A stretch of DNA of 64,000 nucleotides, from NCBI GenBank assembly GCA_020026225.1, contig JAHHQU010000002.1, positions 16,810-80,809 on the forward strand. Reading direction: 5' to 3'. The notes under the pieces are model-generated. The model saw only the letters and a program-made list of their open reading frames with translations, was not told the origin of the DNA and made no database searches. This DNA comes from Phocaeicola sp. (lineage in GTDB: Bacteria; Bacteroidota; Bacteroidia; Bacteroidales; Bacteroidaceae). Positions within the stretch are counted from its first letter, which is position 1, and each line of letters starts with the position of its first letter. Shown here one piece after another: positions 60,913-64,000 of the stretch. A program made the translations under genes and the position numbers.

Positions 60913-62484
60913 TTATTCGTCTTTAAATAAAGGTAATACAATTATAAATTTAGTTCCTACATTCAACTCACTCTCGGCACGTATCGTACCATTATGATCT
61001 GTAATGATTTTCTTCACGTAAGCAAGTCCCAACCCAAAGCCCTTCACATCGTGAAGATTTCCTGTATGAACGCGATAGAACTTATCAAATATCTTTTTCA
61101 GGTTTTCCTTCTTAATACCTATACCATTGTCTTCAATGGACAGGCAGAACTTACCTGACTCATTCCAAGTTCTGATTTTCAAATGAATCTCTGTATCCGA
61201 CTTCTTGTATTTTACCGCATTGTCCAACAGATTAAAGACAACATTGGTGAAATGCATCTCGTCAACATAGATTACAGGATTCTGTGCCTGCAAATCAGAT
61301 TCCAATTCTCCGTGGCAACTTTCTACCTTCAAACGGAAGGTATTGACTACCCCATTAATCAACTCATTGGCATCCAATTCCTTTTTCTTAAGAGTTGCCT
61401 TCTGTCGTTCAAACATAGACATCTGCAACACTTTTTCCACCTGGAAACGCAAACGTTTGGTTTCGTCGTTGATGACTCCTGAGATATGCTTGAACATCAC
61501 CGGAGACTTACCTACCGCAGGATCGTTCAACATCTGTGCAGCCAGTGAAATGGTAGAAATCGGAGTCTTGAACTCATGCGTCATATTATTAATGAAGTCG
61601 TTCTTAATTTCGGTCAGTTTCTTCTGGCGGAAAATGATACAAATGGTAAAGACAAAAGTTACCAACAACACCAGCGTGAAAATGATTGAAGGAATCATGA
61701 AACGAACGGAATCAAAGATGTAATCTTCCACCGTAGGAAAGAAGATACTTACAAATCCCATCTTAGCCGGAGGGTCATTCTCAAACAACAAGCGTGAATA
61801 AACCTTCTCACCATCATACACATAATCCGGACAACGATAAATCTCCTTTTCATCCCGATCGGTCACTTTAAAATGATACGGAAGATCGATACCGTTATTG
61901 AGAAGTTCAGACTTCAAGAAATGATCCAACTGCTTAAAATTGATACGTTCTTTCAGCGGTTTGTCACTTGCCGTATAAAGTATATTATAAACCACTTCAT
62001 CCAGCAATGCACGCTGATAAATGTAGCGTTCCTTCAAGATTTCCTGCAGTGCACGAGATGTTTGAGGAATGTTCTTTCCTGTAGAAATGATTACTTTGGG
62101 AACCGAAGAAGGACGGTTAGTTACGGTCTTGAACTCAAACGAAGAGTACATGGTACCGCCTCCACTTGGTATGGTAACCTTATACTCGTGATGCTGAGAC
62201 ACCACTTTGTCTATCTTTGACAACTGTTCGTTCTGCTGGCGTTGGAACTGCTCCGATAAACGAGCGGCCCGTTCGGTTGCAGCAGCATCAGCTTCCAAAT
62301 ATTTCTGAGTCTCAACAAGTTCCAAATTGCGTACGGACTGAACAAGACTACGATTGACATTTTCTTCAAACTGTCCTCGACGCATCTTGACCATCTCTTC
62401 AATATAGCTCACTTGCAAATAAAGTAAACTCAGAAAAGACAAACCCATTACAACACCTAATATCCAAATAGTTGACTTTTTCAT
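60913..62484 (-). CDS. rprX: Sensor histidine kinase RprX
   Basis: Two TMs, H-box THEFKTP, N-box NLLDNAVKY, and DNGIG and GFGLGL boxes. It is paired with rprY. Confidence 0.9.
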   Translation of the reverse strand: MKKSTIWILGVVMGLSFLSLLYLQVSYIEEMVKMRRGQFEENVNRSLVQSVRNLELVETQKYLEADAAATERAARLSEQFQRQQNEQLSKIDKVVSQHHEYKVTIPSGGGTMYSSFEFKTVTNRPSSVPKVIISTGKNIPQTSRALQEILKERYIYQRALLDEVVYNILYTASDKPLKERINFKQLDHFLKSELLNNGIDLPYHFKVTDRDEKEIYRCPDYVYDGEKVYSRLLFENDPPAKMGFVSIFFPTVEDYIFDSVRFMIPSIIFTLVLLVTFVFTICIIFRQKKLTEIKNDFINNMTHEFKTPISTISLAAQMLNDPAVGKSPVMFKHISGVINDETKRLRFQVEKVLQMSMFERQKATLKKKELDANELINGVVNTFRLKVESCHGELESDLQAQNPVIYVDEMHFTNVVFNLLDNAVKYKKSDTEIHLKIRTWNESGKFCLSIEDNGIGIKKENLKKIFDKFYRVHTGNLHDVKGFGLGLAYVKKIITDHNGTIRAESELNVGTKFIIVLPLFKDE

Positions 62485-62685
62485 GTCTACAAAATTAACA
62501 TGCTATCTTAATATTTCCACATCGTTTAACTTAATTTAAACCGATATTTTTCAAATTTAACCACATATCACTTTAAGCCTACAGTTTTAGACTATTCGAG
62601 CCAAATATCACACTATTTGCATAAAATTAAACAATCTTCATTATAAGAACAACAAAAAGTCTAAGATTGTTTAAGTTTCAATCAT

Positions 62686-62723
62686 TTAAAAGGGCCGCAT
62701 TTTTAAGAAATGCGGCCCTTTAA
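62686..62723 (-). terminator. Terminator after fusA2
   Basis: AAAAGGGCCGCATTT...AAATGCGGCCCTTT. Confidence 0.8.
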
Positions 62724-62752
62724 GCTATTTATTAGTCAATTTAAAAGAATGA

Positions 62753-64000
62753 TCAATCTTCTTCTTCGTTCTCTTCAAATTCCTTAACCAGCTTGTTCTG
62801 TACGTCAGAAGGAACCAATTCGTAACTTGCGAATTTCATAATGAAAGAAGCACGGCCACCCGTCAATGAGCTCAAAGCAGTAGAATAGTTAGACATTTCT
62901 TTCAAAGGCACTTTAGCAGCCAACTTTTCATAGCCTTTTTCACTGCTCATACCCATAATCATGCCTCTACGTCCTTGCATGTCACTCATTACATCACCCA
63001 ACTTGTCACTTGGCACGAAGACTTCCACATCATAAATCGGTTCCAAAATCTTAGGTCCTGCATTCTTGAATGCTTCGCTGAAGGCATTACGTCCAGCAAG
63101 CATGAAGGAAACTTCATTAGAATCAACCGGGTGCATCTTGCCATCGTAAACAATGACACGTACATCACGTGCATAAGAACCAGTCAACGGACCCTGTTCC
63201 ATACGTCCCATGATACCCTTCAAAATAGCAGGCATGAAACGGGTGTCAATAGCTCCACCTACCACACTGTTCACGAATACCAATTTACCGCCCCATTCAA
63301 GATCTACCACTTCAGTGCTTTTCACGTTGATCTTGAATTCCTGACCGTTGAACTTATAAGATTCAGGCATTGGCATGCCTTCATAATAAGGTTCTACAAT
63401 CAAATGAACTTCTCCAAACTGACCAGCACCACCAGACTGTTTCTTATGTCTGTAATCAGCACGTGCAGCCTTCGTAATGGTTTCACGATATGGGATACGT
63501 GGTTCATAGAACTGAACCTGAAGTTTTTCATTGTTTTCCAAACGCCATTTCAAGGTTCTCAAATGGAATTCACCTTGACCATGTACCAAAATCTGGCGCA
63601 ATTCTTTAGATTGTTCAACAACCCATGTAGGATCTTCTTCACGCATACGGTTCAGAATAGCCATCATCTTTTCGGTATCGGCTTCATTTTCCGGACGAAT
63701 AGCACGCGTGTATTTCGGATTTGGATATTTGATGAAGTTGAAACGATTTTCACAATCCTTACCGTTCAAAGTATTTCCTGTCTTGACGTCTTTCAACTTA
63801 ACGGTACAACCGATATCACCGGCACGTAATTCTTCAACCTTTTCACGAGTAGCGCCTGCACAAACATACAACTGAGCCATACGTTCTTTAGAGCCACGGT
63901 CTGCATTACTCAAATCATCACCTTCACGAACGACTCCACTCATCACCTTGAAATACTGAACGTCACCGATATGAGGTTCTACAGCCGTCTTAAAGAAATA
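62753..64000 (-). CDS. fusA2: Elongation factor G paralog (EF-G2), 5' part outside the window
   Basis: The frame is open to the window edge (YFFKTAVEPHIGDVQYFKVMSG...). Motifs GQGEFHL, YRETI, HKKQSGGAGQFG and MHPVDSN, a domain IV insertion and adjacency to rprXY support the call. Confidence 0.9.
   Translation of the reverse strand, partial: YFFKTAVEPHIGDVQYFKVMSGVVREGDDLSNADRGSKERMAQLYVCAGATREKVEELRAGDIGCTVKLKDVKTGNTLNGKDCENRFNFIKYPNPKYTRAIRPENEADTEKMMAILNRMREEDPTWVVEQSKELRQILVHGQGEFHLRTLKWRLENNEKLQVQFYEPRIPYRETITKAARADYRHKKQSGGAGQFGEVHLIVEPYYEGMPMPESYKFNGQEFKINVKSTEVVDLEWGGKLVFVNSVVGGAIDTRFMPAILKGIMGRMEQGPLTGSYARDVRVIVYDGKMHPVDSNEVSFMLAGRNAFSEAFKNAGPKILEPIYDVEVFVPSDKLGDVMSDMQGRRGMIMGMSSEKGYEKLAAKVPLKEMSNYSTALSSLTGGRASFIMKFASYELVPSDVQNKLVKEFEENEEED

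Noticed and set aside
62975..63829. Long antisense or alternate-frame ORFs (for example 62975-63829, 40350-41081, 17320-18000, 57947-58588, 21773-22405)
   Set aside because: They are shadows of well-supported genes caused by codon bias, and they show no recognisable motifs.

Overview
This is a chromosomal window from a Bacteroidaceae (Bacteroides/Phocaeicola-like) genome, judged by TAnnTTTG promoter boxes, the lpxC-fabZ fusion, rprXY and an EF-G2-type paralog. Most of it is housekeeping: maeB, gdhB, asnA, ung, an LptD-like gene, pgk, ffh, purM-prfA-pyrF, lpxD-lpxC/fabZ-lpxA-miaA, mtaB, rpsF-rpsR-rplI, rprXY, fusA2 and tRNA-Arg(CCG). Between these sit several envelope and glycan-foraging modules. 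I saw no integrase, transposase, prophage or CRISPR array. The strongest lead is an 878-aa lipoprotein with a PNGase/NGLY1-like transglutaminase core and a degenerate second copy of that core. It is divergently transcribed from a GH20-GH20-GH92 operon and tail-to-tail with cutC, so the block is a candidate SusCD-less N-glycan release and trimming locus. Other leads are an atypical TonB-C protein with a dense O-glycosylation-sequon tail and a MinD-like amphipathic C-terminus, and an AraC/PCMD/beta-barrel/DUF4925-like surface module. There are also two disrupted genes: namZ with a single in-frame TAG and cstA with a large in-frame internal deletion. Family assignments come from motif recognition and memory; no searches were run.
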